Source: Octopus bimaculoides (lineage: Eukaryota). Taken from it: DNA of 54,186 nucleotides. The stretch is taken from the NCBI RefSeq assembly GCF_001194135.2, contig NC_068986.1, positions 57,549,562 to 57,603,747 on the forward strand. Direction: 5' to 3'. The position numbers were made by a program, and so were the translations under genes. Below, piece by piece: positions 10,261 through 23,742 of the stretch. Under the pieces are notes generated by a model that was not told where the DNA came from, ran no database searches, and saw only the letters and a program-made list of their open reading frames with translations. Numbering within the stretch: position 1 is the stretch's first letter; each line of letters opens with the position of its first letter.

Positions 10261-13200
10261 CTGCATTCTGAGAACTAGACAGCTGTGACAAAGAGTGTTT
10301 ACCAGAGTGTGTTCAAAATGCTGTTACAGCTGTCTCCTTCAATCTGGAAAAACAAAATTTTGCAGTTCAGCTTATTAGATGTATAGTAGTGATATAGTGA
10401 AATTACAATAATCGAGGACAATTATAACTCCTAAAAAAGACTCAAGACATCTGGAATGCATCTCATATAAATGCATAGTTATGTGATCAGTCATTGACCC
10501 ATACGTAAATACGAAAATACTTCCCTTCAATGACAACTGATAGTCAGTATTTATTGTTATCATTTCAAGATTTCGTCGTAAGTGATCAATCATAAAGGTA
10601 ACATATTAAGCTCTGCACCTGATTAAAAAGAATTTCTGGAGTGGTTTGTTCTGTATAGTAAGCACCAAAATGCTACTTTTTATACCTTACAAGAGATATA
10701 CAGGACTGTGACGAAATCGTTTGAGTACTGTTACGATATATCCGAATAGAATAATGTTTGTACATCTATCCTATCAATTTACTTCTCATGTTACTTTTCT
10801 CTAAGATTTTATTTGAATGATTTCTAGTCATGTTATAAAACAACGCTTTGTAGATTCTCGGAAAAAGCCATTAATGGGTATCAGAAACTCTATCCTTTTA
10901 TACTTTCAACATACTCCGTATAGAATGATATAACCTTATCAAACTTGAATATAGTGATATCTTTGTAGAGTGTGGTGTTGGGTATTATATATGAAGACAT
11001 AGGCATTGTGGTATCACCGAACCACCATATGTTTTTGTAATTAACTTTACACTATACTCACAAATATACACATATGATTGCATTTATATACATTTACACA
11101 AGCACACTCACACACAACTAAAGTACAGACGCGTGCCCGCACACGTATATACCAGCATCATCATTAGTGACATTGAGTTTATCTTTGTGTTTTAAAATGG
11201 CTACTGATAACGTAAACAAGAGAATCCGCGTATAGCTATATCTAAGATTCATCATTACATATCCATTTCCTTGCTTATTGCTTAGTCTTCTGTCTTTTAC
11301 TTCAGTTACTTTTAAAGAAATTGCGTCCAGCGCGATATTTTGTCCTCCGGAGCGAACCAACTGTCCACAAAATAATCTCAATATTCAAGTTTTCAATGTT
11401 CACTTTAATTGATCCTTGTACCGTTGCCTCAGACCATTCACTAGATGTGTTCCTTCTTGCAGTTCTTAGTACATAATCATCTTCGGTATTCACTTATCCA
11501 ACATACTTTGGCGTAGCTAGTGATACGACTCCCAGCTTTAATCCTGTTGAGTTTGGTCCGATGACGGATTTAGTTATTTGTATCATGGTCTTGCCAACGT
11601 TTGCGAAAGGTGAAGTATCACCCTTTCTGTGTTCTATCAGTAAAGCATTCAGGCTTCACTAATTTGTATAAGTGGGTCGCAGTAACAATCAGTTCGTAAA
11701 TTATGAACTTGTCTTTATCCTGATTCTGTTGCAACAACAAACTCTTTTGCATACTTTCCCAAAAGCAACCTATAAGAGCCGAAGAGATTTAAGATTTCAT
11801 AGGATACAGTGCTATAGATGCTGTAGTTACTTGTTAGGAAACAGAATTGGTTCACTTGTTTGTGAATCAGAAAAGGCGGAGATTCTATTCTAGAAGACTA
11901 GATATTCAAGCAACTGTATATGGGTTAGATAACTGTAGAACATAAAATTGTAATTAACTGATTTAATGTTTTAGTAAAGGAACGTATTTTTCTCTAATTC
12001 AATAGTGCATCATAGGAGCTATTGGATGTACCTAAAAATATATGTGAGCACGCGTGTGCATGCTGAACGTAAAAAAGACTTACTGAGAGTGTCGTGCAAC
12101 GATATCAAACTCGAACAATATGCCTGAAAAGCAAACTATTAAATTTCTTGGCAAGCATATATTTTTGTATGTGTGTTAATGAGGATGTGTTGGGGTTCAC
12201 AAAATATATTTTACAGATGAAACAGGGAAACAAAACCGGGTTGAAGTTTCAATTCGACAAGGTTCCCTTTACATAATTTCTCTATTATATTGATCAAGCA
12301 TTCCTTGAGAGAAGGACTTGCGAAATAATATGTAACTGGGATAATCAGTAGACGTTCTGATATGCAGAACAATACGGAACCGAAATGAACAGAGAAGAAA
12401 TATCTGATCTGGCCAGGGTTTTACTTGTTATGGCTATCATTTCGTCCGGTGTAATTTGCAACATGGGGTGGGGAGTCGGAGACTATACCAGCCCGCTCAT
12501 TCAGATCGTGGCATAAAGAAAGAGTGTAAGCTATAAATTCAGAATAAACTGACGCTTCTAAGATATCCGAATATTGAAAGACACTGTTGCTCACAAGCAG
12601 CTTCCGTAAATGATGAATTTGGATGGAATATAGGTAATAAATGTAATCCTATTTCTCTATGTCCTGTCTTACTTCCCCATGTGTTATGGATTAGTAATAT
12701 ACTAGCATATAACTTTTACATACAGAATTTAATCTTCTTGCAAACAACTAGTGAAAGAAACGTGACAAAATAGGTAAAAACACTGAGTTTATTGGGAAGA
12801 ACAATAAAGTTGCTTTATTTCGTGGAGCCTCAACCAAAATACTTTCTCTTTACTTCCCTTTCCGTTCCAATTTTAATTCCCATCATGCGACCTCGCTAAT
12901 TATCATTCCTAGTGAAGAGATGGGCGATAAAATAAATACCAGTAAAATATTAGGGTTAAATGAAGTGGCTGTTCCCAACTCCAACATTTGTGAACCTTGT
13001 GTTCTGTCAGAAATAATTATTCTGATATGGTCCTTGCATCGAAAGACTCTTTTTAAGAGTGAAAATAATTTGAATCTCTAATCATAAATCATCGGAAGAT
13101 ATCCCAAAATCTTTTTATTCTTTTATTACTGATTTTAGTCTTTAGGGTGAGGCCATACTGAGTCTCAAACCAATTCAATTACATGACCACAGTATTTTTT

Positions 13201-13294
13201 TTATTGATTGATTCGTATTATTTCGACAGAGGAAGAATAGAAAGCAAAACGGACCTTCATACAAAATCTTATAATACTGAGGTATGTATGTAAT

Positions 13295-13420
13295 ATCGAT
13301 ATCAAATTTTGGCACAAGGTCAGCAAGTTCAGTGAAGGGTTTAAGTGTATTACATCGACCCCATTGCTCATCCGAGAGGATGAAGGGCTAAATCGACCTT
13401 GGCGGAATTTGAAAAAGGTA
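13295..13420 (-). mobile_element. SINE 3' fragment (same family as 32979-33200)
   Basis: Shared tail ATCAAATTTTGGCACAAGGTCAGCAAG and ...ATTACATCGACCCC...GGCGGAATTTGAA. Confidence 0.65.
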
Positions 13421-13566
13421 TTTCTGTAATTTCAGTTCTCTTTAGTTTATTGAGGGAACACATCCATAGCACCGTCCATTCTACACGCATTGTGAGTTAC
13501 ACAACTGTCTTCAGGGAAAGTAAATTCAATATACGGTCTTTAAAGAGATGCCTATTGGAGCATACA

Positions 13567-13938
13567 GTGTGGAGGCACAATGGCCCAATGGTTAGGGCAG
13601 CGGACACGCGGTAATAGGATCGCGGTTTCGATTCCCAGACCGAGCGTTGTGAGTGTTTATTGAGCGAAAACACCACGTGGCTCCAGCAGGAGATGGTGAC
13701 GAACCCTTCTGTACTCTTTCACCACAACTTTCTCTCACTCTTACTTCCTGTTTCTGTTGTGACTAATTCAAAGGGCCAACTTTGTCACTCTGTGTCACGC
13801 TGAATACGTTAAGCGTACACGTGTCTGTGGAGTGCTCAGCCACTTGGACGTTAATTTCACGAGCAGGCTGTTCCGTTGATCGGATCACCTGGAACCCTCA
13901 TCGTCGTAAGCGACGGAGTGCCAACAGTGCATAGTGCA
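13567..13938 (+). mobile_element. tRNA-derived SINE, full length with probable 11-bp TSD
   Basis: Head GGAGGCACAATGGCCCAATGGTTAGGGCAG...GGTTTCGATTCCC, tail GTCGTAAGCGACGGAGTGCCAAC. TGGAGCATACA flanks both sides. A homologous copy lies at 34144-34526. Confidence 0.85.
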
Positions 13939-14786
13939 GTGGAGCATACAACTTCAATACGAATACAAATAAACTTTACGTGTTAATATTATTCAATACT
14001 ATATTGATTTATGATCTTAATTTTTCTGTTGAACCGACTACATGGATATGAGTGTCGGTGTGAAAGTGTATGCATTCGCGCGCGCGTGCGTGCGTGTATT
14101 TGTAGTGAACGTAGGTACAAGTGATATCAAAACCGAAGTCAGTACTAAGGCTTTGAGATGCTTTTGCTTATGGCAGCTGCTACTCCGTATCCCGATATTC
14201 GAATTTCACATATCCGGGACTTCGTATACTGTCTGATGACCGGGAACATGCAATTCGAATAACTAGATGTGAAATGCCGGCTGCAATAACTATGCAATAA
14301 AGACGTGCTTCCACAGAGTCTCCGTCAATCAAATCAAACAAATTCTCTCATAAGTCGCTCCGGAGATGAAGTAGAAGGCAGTGGGAGAGAACTGGAAACC
14401 ACGTGATTGCAAAACGAGCTTCGTAACCACGCAGCAGCTAAACTGTATTACTTTTCCAGTATGTCGAGCTTCTCACCACGTGATTTTCCAGGACACACTT
14501 GAACTATCACATGATACAAAGAGAAAATGAAGCCTATTTGAAAAATGCATACAACAGTATATATATTTGTATATAAATACACACCCGCATACACAACCAC
14601 ACACAAACGAACTAGCGTGCACAGACACATTCGCACACGCACGCACACACACACACACACACACACGTATCAATATTTATTGTTATGTCAATTTATGGAT
14701 TAAAAACAACTAACACTAAACTGAAGTAGTACTCAATAACTTTAGTAGATTACATATTTATAAAAGTATTACCAGGAAAATGTTGA

Positions 14787-15191
14787 CAGGAGTGGCTGTG
14801 TGGTAAGTAGTTTGCTTGCCAACCACGTGATTCCGGGTTCATTCCCACTGCGTGGCACCTTGTGCAAGTGTCTTCTACTATAGCCTCGGGCCGACCAAAG
14901 CCTTGTGAGTGGATCTGGTAGACGGAAACTGAAAGAAGCCCGTCGTATATATGTATATATATATATATATGTGTGTGTCTGTGTTTGTTACCCCTAAACA
15001 CACCCCTAAACACACCAACCGATGGTGGTGTGTTTACGTCCCCGTAACCTAGTGGCTCGGCAAATAGGCAGATAGAATAAATACTTGGCTTACAAAGAAT
15101 AAGTCCTGGGGTCGATTTGCTCGAGAAAAGGCAGTGCTCCAGCATGGCCGCAGTCAAATGACTGAAACAAGTAAAAGAGAGTAAAAGAGAG
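14787..15191 (+). mobile_element. tRNA-derived SINE with CORE-like segment and internal microsatellite
   Basis: A box TGGCTGTGTGG, B box GGTTCATTCCC, CORE-like GTGGCACCTTGTGCAAGTGTC, internal (TA)/(TG) tract, 3' GCATGGCCGCAGTC...GTAAAAGAGAGTAAAAGAG tail. Confidence 0.85.
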
Positions 15192-15335
15192 TGACGACGA
15201 AGTTCGTTGGCTTTCGTCATACAATCAGATGAAGACGAGCAAGTACATACTTCAAAGTCATTGTTAACCTTCGTGTAACATCATTATATACATACATACA
15301 TATATATATATCCACGACACACATACACCCACACG

Positions 15336-15401
<66 letters not shown>

Positions 15402-15487
15402 TTTCGGACAACATACATTCGTATCACCAATTAGCTGAAATTTTCTAAATTAATTTTTTTTTAATATTTCCTTATCAACATCAGGAT

Positions 15488-15700
15488 ATGGCAGCGAGCT
15501 GCCAGAATTGTTAATAGGCCGGGAAAAATACTTAAGCATTTCGACCGTCGTAACGTTCTGAGTTCAAATTCCGCTGAGGTCCACTTTGCCCTTCATCTTT
15601 TCAGGGTCGATAAAATAAGTATCAAGTTGAACACAGGAGTCTATGTAATCAACTTACCTCTTCACTCGAACTTGCTGACATTCTGTAGAAATTTTAAACT
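15488..15700 (+). mobile_element. tRNA-derived SINE (GGCGGCGAGCTGGCAGAA family), diverged
   Basis: Head GGCAGCGAGCTGCCAGAA, B box GAGTTCAAATTCC, body GGGTCGATAAAATAAGTA. Confidence 0.8.
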
Positions 15701-17066
15701 AATATTAATTTCAGGAAATAGTATGAATAAACAATATGCAGTACAGTAGAGGGAATGAAACTCAGTGAGACCCATAGCACATATACAATGTTCCCACTGA
15801 AGATAGAATTTATTTCATTCAGCTTTAAATAGTTACCCAAATGATACACAGTTTAAAGTTACCGCTCACGCCTTAGTTTTGATTTATAGCGAAGTGGACC
15901 GGGAAAACGAGGTGTTAAATATCTTTACGTTGGACAGAGCTCGGTATTGACGAGAGGTTATGAAACCATGGGGCCTTTGGCCTGTAAAAAGACTTCCCAT
16001 GGTTACGACCAACAGCAACTGTCGTCTGTCAGTATTCTTCTTATAAGACTTTGTGTGATTTGATGCCATAGTTGATCTTAGTCATGATCAAAGGAAACTA
16101 TTTCAAATGAATATGTGTTGTGGATATCGTATTTCTCTCAATTGGGTGTCGACTATTTGTTACAAAAATTGTAACGCCCTATAGAATTAATCATTCCAGC
16201 TCTTTAGTCTCGTAATTTGAAACCCTAGCATACATACATACAAACACAATACATACATACCTACATACCTACATACATACATACATACATACATACATAC
16301 ATACAAATACATGCATATATACACACGCATACATAAATATACACGCGTGAGCTCGGTTGTATCCATATGTCCGTTTCGGCAAATATATGTGGATATTGTC
16401 TATATAACTATATAACTATATGAGGAAATATGCACATTTTGATTGTACAAATGCCTATATATATATATATATATATATATNNNNNNNNNNNNNNNNNNNN
16501 NNNNNNNNNNNNNNNNNNNNNNNNNNNNNNNNNNNNNNNNNNNNNNNNNNNNNNNNNNNNNNNNNNNNNNNNNNNNNNNNNNNNNNNNNNNNNNNNNNNN
16601 NNNNNNNNNNNNNNNNNNNNNNNNNNNNNNNNNNNNNNNNNNNNNNNNNNNNNNNNNNNNNNNNNNNNNNNNNNNNNNNNNNNNNNNNNNNNNNNNNNNN
16701 NNNNNNNNNNNNNNNNNNNNNNNNNNNNNNNNNNNNNNNNNNNNNNNNNNNNNNNNNNNNNNNNATATATATATATATACATATATGCATATACATATAC
16801 ACACATATGGATGTATGTATGTATATGCGTTACGCGTATCTATTCATATATACATGTGAGTTTTAGTATAGTATTTTCGCATAAATATAACATCATATGC
16901 ATATATGTATATATGTACATATTTCTACATACCTGATCACACATAGGGTGAGTATGGATTTATATATTCATGCATACTATATCAGTGTGTGCACCCATCT
17001 GTTTTTGTATCTGTCTATCCAACTCTATGCACACTTTCACTCATACATACATAAATACATACATAA

Positions 17067-17079
17067 GTGTGTGTGTGTG

Positions 17080-17158
<79 letters not shown>
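17067..17158. repeat. (TG)n microsatellite
   Basis: Direct. Confidence 0.98.
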
Positions 17159-17161
<3 letters not shown>

Positions 17162-18482
17162 CAATTATGCTGATGGAAGAGCTAGAAAAATCACGCAATC
17201 TCCAGAGACATTATGATCGTTACAAGGCAATAAATCAAACACCCCAGCTTACTGCTGTTTAGCTGTCCAACTATTTTACCTTCTATCTCCCACCTCCCAT
17301 CTCAATCGCTGTCATAGAATTGGGATAGTGTATTAATGTATGATCAGTTAGCGGTTGTCGAATGCAGGTTTAATGATAGCGGATCGTCACTTGATTTCCC
17401 TAATGTGTTTTGCTTCTTTATTGCCTTCTCTGTAATTCCAGAACAGAGATTAAAACGTACATAAACTGCGATTTGTAATCTTCCTTAAATGAATAACACC
17501 TAGAATTTGTTTGTTATATTGTGTATTTCGTTTAGTTTAATATTCCTCTTGTAGCAAAATTTTGGTTCCAAATTTTCAAAACGTATTATTTTAAAATATT
17601 TTCTAAATTTTTTTTTTAAATTTAAAATATTATATGTAGTTTGATATTTATCTTACAATAACTATTTTTGATATTTTTTTCTTTTAATGAATTAAAATAA
17701 ATGTATTTGAATGAATTATGTGAATGAATTGTGTGCAGTTTTAATACATTTTTCTCAATGAATTTGATTGATGCACTCCATTCCAACTGTGGTAGGTTCT
17801 TGGTGAGCCAAGTTATATACGTGTTCTTATTTCAATTCCGGGATGGAAACAAGTTCACTTCAATTATGTTGCCGTATAACTAATTCAATTCATACCTTCG
17901 GAAAAGGCATGAATGTCACCTTTTTCTCTCCCTTTTAAAAATATGGCACCTTGTGCTTAATCAAAAGAAACCAATACATATTTCACATTTTTATACCTGA
18001 TTTATGATGCCCTTTTGACAACCACCCAATTGTATTTCCATTTATTTTCCTATATATTTATTATTAGACTATAAAAATCATCGAAACGGAATTACGACAG
18101 GAAAGAATCTTTTCATAAACAATAAAGGTTCATAAAAAAAATCTATGCCACGCCATTAAATCGAAAAGAAACAAACATGCAAAGCTGACAAGAAAAGATA
18201 TAATTTAAATAAATTCATATCCATACAAATCCACGAGCAACAAAATGTATAGAAATACAAAAGAAAACAAATAAACTGAATGCAAGACATAGAATACAAA
18301 CAAGTGAATTTTTTTACTTAGACATACATGAAACATTCTGTTGGAATATATAGCCAGAGTTAGTGACATTGCGCTTTATGTTACTGAAAACTATCTTATT
18401 AATGTTAATTCAGTCACTAATTAGACTAATTCATTTTTCCAAATATTTTTAAAATACAAGAAGAATTGGAAACATCTACTCC

Positions 18483-19180
18483 TATTAATGAGCGGTAGGG
18501 ACGCGGTATTTCTTTATGCAACCATAAGTATATTAAACATTTTTGTAAGTCAGTACTTTGTCCTACTGTGATAGGCAGAGCAATTTACATCACTTGTTAA
18601 AGTTATCTCTACAGAAATTAAAGCTAGCAATAATTTTTGTTACGAAGTTTCGTATCTGAAACGTCAGATGTAAACAAACAATGAAATCGAAGAAAACGTT
18701 TAATATACTCTATATTATATTATGGTAACATATCGAAGTATCGCATCTCTGCAAGTCTACAAGTAGTATTTGCGTACCAACTTCCAGGAATGTGCTTAAT
18801 GTGTAAAGTTGGTGTATCCAATAATGTTACACTGCTGTATCTAGTGGCTATCCAAGCAATGTTTTCTTGGATGATTAAGGGGTTAAATGGGTGCTGATGA
18901 AGGAAAAAACTCCCGAAGTAAGGCATATATGCTCATTAACCTTTTTTTTATCTTCGATCACATTTTGTTTACATCTGACGTTTCGTTTCCGAAACATCGT
19001 TACAAAAACCTGTGCTGGTTATAATTTCTATAGAACATCTGTAGAGATAACCTGAACAAGTGATGTGAAGCACACTGCTAACACAGTAGAACATGGTATT
19101 GACTTATAAAAAGGTTTAATATATTTTATAGTATATCATGGTTGCATAACGAAATACCGCGTCCCTGCTGGTCATTAATA
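18483..19180. mobile_element. Foldback / long-TIR MITE (arms >200 bp)
   Basis: Left end TATTAATGAGCGGTAGGGACGCGGTATTTCTTTATGCAACC mirrors right end GGTTGCATAACGAAATACCGCGTCCCTGCTGGTCATTAATA. Arm similarity continues inward to ~18705 / ~18935 (e.g. AAACGTCAGATGTAAACAAA vs TTTGTTTACATCTGACGTTT). Confidence 0.85.
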
Positions 19181-20437
19181 TTTTATTACAATTTCCATTC
19201 AGTTTAATATTTATCTGTGTCACTCTGAGTGCGCGTATGTATGCTTGTTTCTGTGTGTGTGTGCGCGCGCATGCGTGCGTGCGTGTGTGTGTATGTGTGT
19301 GCGTGTGTGTGCGTGTGTGTGCGTGTGCGTGTGCGTGTGTGTGTGTGTGTGTGTTTGTCTGCCATCAGTGTCAAATTGTCAATCACCAAAATAGCTGCGC
19401 CAAAGCGTCAATAACCAGTCGTCCAATCCAGTTCTCGCTAAAACTCAATCTAGACAGAATCTTTTACTTGATATGCTATTATTAATACCAATGATCGAGC
19501 AGTTCTGCATTTTTTATCAACCTGTTTTATTCAAACAGAATATCTGTGGCTACATTATCCAATGCAATACACCCTATGTTTTAAAAAATATATAGTTCAG
19601 TGTTATTTGAGTTAAATTTCTTTGTTCTAATTTAGAGTGCCATTTATGACAGAATCCATTTTACACTTCAAACATCCTGTAATATGAATGAAAAAGAAAA
19701 CCGGATATGTCAATAATATACATATTCTAAGTAGCAAAATATACTATACACTAGCTGAGTTGTACTCCATTTAGTTTTAAGAAATACATTTATTAAGCAA
19801 ATTCCTCCGATATCGGGTGCCCACGCAATACAGTTAATTGCAAAATGGCTGCTGGAATGCTTGATATAGTGAGACATGTAATTTTAGTTGACTGAAATTA
19901 CACTCTGAAAGTTTGGAAAAAAGCAACTCAGTAACTACTTCAAGACAAATAAGGGTGATAACTCGGAACTTTAAAATTAATGAGATATAGAATACAATGG
20001 CGGTTAGGTATAATAGTAGTATGCATAAGTTGGTGTTTGGAGAGTGTTTAATTTCTTAATCTTATATATAAATGGCAATTTGTTTGTCTGTTACCATCTT
20101 ACTGCCTAAACCAGCGAACAATCTTCACGAAAGTTTGCATACATGTTAAACTAACATCCAGTTCAATTATAGTCTAATTCCATTTCAATAAAAATCTGTA
20201 ATGAGTCCCCTACGGGGGGGGGGGGGCTATTATATGATGAAATTAGAAGGATGCAAAAGCGTTAGGTTGAGGGAAATGTGGTGGAATAATGAGAGTGGCT
20301 GATATCAAGGAGGGGGAGGAGACAGGAAGAGACAGGGACAGAAAAAGTGAGAGACAGAGAGAGACAAGGACAGAGCAGTGGAGAGAGAATGTGTTTACTG
20401 AATTTTTACTTATCAGTTAACGCATACGTTTTAGTGA

Positions 20438-20523
20438 ATTAACTATCGTATGATCAGTCAAAACTTTTACATCACCAGCAACTAACTAACAAGTGAAGCT
20501 AACAAGTGAAAGGTAAAGTATTT
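20438..20523 (+). repeat. 86-bp perfect direct repeat, copy 1 (copy 2 at 21367-21452)
   Basis: ATTAACTATCGTATGATCAG...GGTAAAGTATTT is identical at both positions. Confidence 0.95.
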
Positions 20524-20681
20524 TTATATTTGTTTTCAAATCACCGCATTAAGATTTATCAAAACTTTACCGACGTAGTGAAACAATAAAACAAAAGATA
20601 ATGTCTTTCGTTTTCTTCCATAGACGAATAGCCCGTCGTTGTCGGGCAACTTTTACAATAGAATGTCTTATATAAATTTCT

Positions 20682-20855
20682 GTTTATTCCATGTCCGACC
20701 ATGCCATCCCCGACAGATAAGCCTCTGAACTTGCTTTTTCTCATAGCCAACTGTATGTAGGATTCTCAAGAGCCGGCAATTCAAATCATTTGTTTATTTA
20801 TGTTCCAGAGAGCAAGACCAGAAATGTAGTATATCAAGAGGCTCTGCAAAATTGA
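20682..20855 (+). pseudogene. Helitron RepHel PIF1-like helicase C-terminal remnant
   Basis: LFIPCPTMPSPTDKPLN joined by deletion/frameshift to FSHSQLYVGFSRAGNSNHLFIYVPESKTRNVVYQEALQN* (20736-20855). This matches the FSHGQLYVAxSR...KTKNVVY motif. Confidence 0.88.
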
Positions 20856-21366
20856 TAATAATCAACTATCAATAAATTGTTTCATAGTCGCACATCATCA
20901 ATCCTCTCATCGTTCCAACCATCCACCAATTCAACTTTGATATTACCTTACCATTACAATCCAATCAATTTTATGATTCAACTGTTTTACTTGCAGTATT
21001 TGTAAATATATCTCACGTCACGTGTATCTGTAAATCTATTTGTAATTTAAACGGGAACTGAACAGGGAACCGGATAGGACATGAAACAGTGTAATGGGGA
21101 CGGGAACTGGAAATAACACCCGCTTTCCGGGTATTACCGAGTAATTCAGCTAGTACTATTGTAGATTAGTTGATGTTGTCTTTGAGGTTACCACTGATTG
21201 AGTATACGTATGACCAGAAACCAAGGTCATCGTATTTTTTCTCAAACATAGTTTATATAAAACTATTTTATCTAAGAATTCCTTCTTTTTATATTTTCTG
21301 GAGGGTAGGATTTACGGAAGTTGAGGACCATTCATTACGTATTTTGCCTATGTGATTTAATTATTC

Positions 21367-21452
21367 ATTAACTATCGTATGATCAGTCAAAACTTTTACA
21401 TCACCAGCAACTAACTAACAAGTGAAGCTAACAAGTGAAAGGTAAAGTATTT
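21367..21452 (+). repeat. 86-bp perfect direct repeat, copy 2
   Basis: Identical to 20438-20523. Confidence 0.95.
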
Positions 21453-22904
21453 GAACCCTGTCTGGTTACTTTTAATGAAGATAATCAGTAAGATGTGTCG
21501 GTTAGTGAAAGCCTTCTATTCAACTCATGGTATATCGACTTACATTTCTTCTGTCAACTTACATTACAACAAGTCGAGTTAAACTCGACCTGTAAGAAAT
21601 AGTAACGAATTTCCTCTCCCGCAACACTCCAACACACTAATCCATGAAAGTGATATTGGATAGTCTTGGGTTCATTGTCTACAAATAAGGTGGAATTGTC
21701 ATGGTTTAAACGTCATTGATCAAAGGCGTCCTTGATGACAACTCGCTAACGGTAAACAACAACAATTGCTACAACAACAGAAAAAAGACAACTTCATCAT
21801 CAATAACAACTTTTTCTTCATTTTTATTTAAAGAAATTATCTGTACTGCCGACACAGTCCATGATTAGTCGATAATTCCACTAAATATCCCCACCTCGTA
21901 AATATATGTTCCTTTCTCCTGATTCTGTCTCCAGGCAGCATCAGGACAATCAAGAGATTCCCACCTCACTCCTACAATATATTTTACTTTTGCATGGCTA
22001 TCTGTGCCAACTTAAGAAACTTCTACGCTCCATATGGTAACAAGAATAAACAATATTAAGAACATCATCTTCACAAATCAATTCACCAACAAAATTTAGG
22101 ACTATATTTAGTTACTAGCTTGAACGATATTAAGATTAATTTTATAAAGAAGCTCAACTATACAAGTTAGACTTATAAAAGTATCATTTGACAAAACGAG
22201 ATCCCAACACGGGAGAGTGCTTTCTCCGTTTCTCGTATCTGTGGAGATGTTTGTCATCGTTGTCGTCTCTGGGGTCTGTGTGGCATGAAAATAAATAGTC
22301 CATATGTACAATTTACATCATTATTAACGTCACCATCACCAACATCACCGCTAACAAGAATAGCAGTATCTCTACTAACACTGCATCTATTTCAACGTCG
22401 TTTTTGATTCCCATCCCTCCTTCCCTTCTTTTCCAGAGGTAGTCTTCATCAACGTCATTATCATCTCTGTTCGTTGTGCAACAGATCGTGAATGCATTGA
22501 AAAATACCTCCCTGACGTCAAGCTGCCTCAATGAGTGTTCAAAGTCTTTCATATCATCATCGTTGCATTGTCGCGACGGCAATAGTGTTTCCATCAGCAT
22601 ATGTATTCACTGATGCAGAGCCTTCACTGCACAGCCAGGAGCGCCGTGACTTAGATTTAGAAAGAGAAGCGCTAAACACGACTGTCGAATCATGAGAGAG
22701 AAAGATATGTATTAAAAATGAATTATTAAAACAATTAAATAAATATCAATAATATACCTAACCCAAGCCAAAATTGCTATACATAAATACATACACACAT
22801 GCATATATGCATACATTCATTGATATATATATATGTGTGTGTGCTTACATATACACATGTATATATATGTATATGCATAGGTATATATATATATATATAT
22901 ATAT

Positions 22905-23690
22905 NNNNNNNNNNNNNNNNNNNNNNNNNNNNNNNNNNNNNNNNNNNNNNNNNNNNNNNNNNNNNNNNNNNNNNNNNNNNNNNNNNNNNNNNNNNNNNNN
23001 NNNNNNNNNNNNNNNNNNNNNNNNNNNNNNNNNNNNNNNNNNNNNNNNNNNNNNNNNNNNNNNNNNNNNNNNNNNNNNNNNNNNNNNNNNNNNNNNNNNN
23101 NNNNNNNNNNNNNNNNNNNNNNNNNNNNNNNNNNNNNNNNNNNNNNNNNNNNNNNNNNNNNNNNNNNNNNNNNNNNNNNNNNNNNNNNNNNNNNNNNNNN
23201 NNNNNNNNNNNNNNNNNNNNNNNNNNNNNNNNNNNNNNNNNNNNNNNNNNNNNNNNNNNNNNNNNNNNNNNNNNNNNNNNNNNNNNNNNNNNNNNNNNNN
23301 NNNNNNNNNNNNNNNNNNNNNNNNNNNNNNNNNNNNNNNNNNNNNNNNNNNNNNNNNNNNNNNNNNNNNNNNNNNNNNNNNNNNNNNNNNNNNNNNNNNN
23401 NNNNNNNNNNNNNNNNNNNNNNNNNNNNNNNNNNNNNNNNNNNNNNNNNNNNNNNNNNNNNNNNNNNNNNNNNNNNNNNNNNNNNNNNNNNNNNNNNNNN
23501 NNNNNNNNNNNNNNNNNNNNNNNNNNNNNNNNNNNNNNNNNNNNNNNNNNNNNNNNNNNNNNNNNNNNNNNNNNNNNNNNNNNNNNNNNNNNNNNNNNNN
23601 NNNNNNNNNNNNNNNNNNNNNNNNNNNNNNNNNNNNNNNNNNNNNNNNNNNNNNNNNNNNNNNNNNNNNNNNNNNNNNNNNNNNNNNNNN
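22905..23690. other. Assembly gap (N run); similar gaps at 1452-1796, 4367-4871, 16481-16764, 24356-25175, 29463-30066, 43359-43756 and shorter ones
   Basis: Direct. Nearly all are bordered by microsatellites. Confidence 0.99.

Positions 23691-23742
<52 letters not shown>

Larger units (their letters stand above)
20060..21153 (+). mobile_element. Non-autonomous Helitron deletion derivative
   Basis: Inserted between A20059 and T21154. 5' end TCTTATATATAAATGGCAATTTGTTTGTCTG; 3' hairpin ACCCG-CTTTC-CGGGT followed by CAGCTAG; internal helicase C-terminal remnant. Confidence 0.85.

Noticed and set aside
11290-11650. Non-repetitive block that looked coding
   Set aside because: All six frames have stops and no recognisable motif or splice pair.
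14234-14282. CTGATGA...GAAA as a hammerhead
   Set aside because: Helix II and helix III cannot form.
15884-16069. Short ORF; a plus frame contains YLYVGQS resembling a GIY-YIG half motif
   Set aside because: No other endonuclease residues in the expected positions.
18880-18940. CTGATGAAGGA...TCCCGAAG...GCATATATGC-TC in the foldback spacer as a hammerhead
   Set aside because: GAAA is absent and spacing to stems I and III is wrong by several nucleotides.
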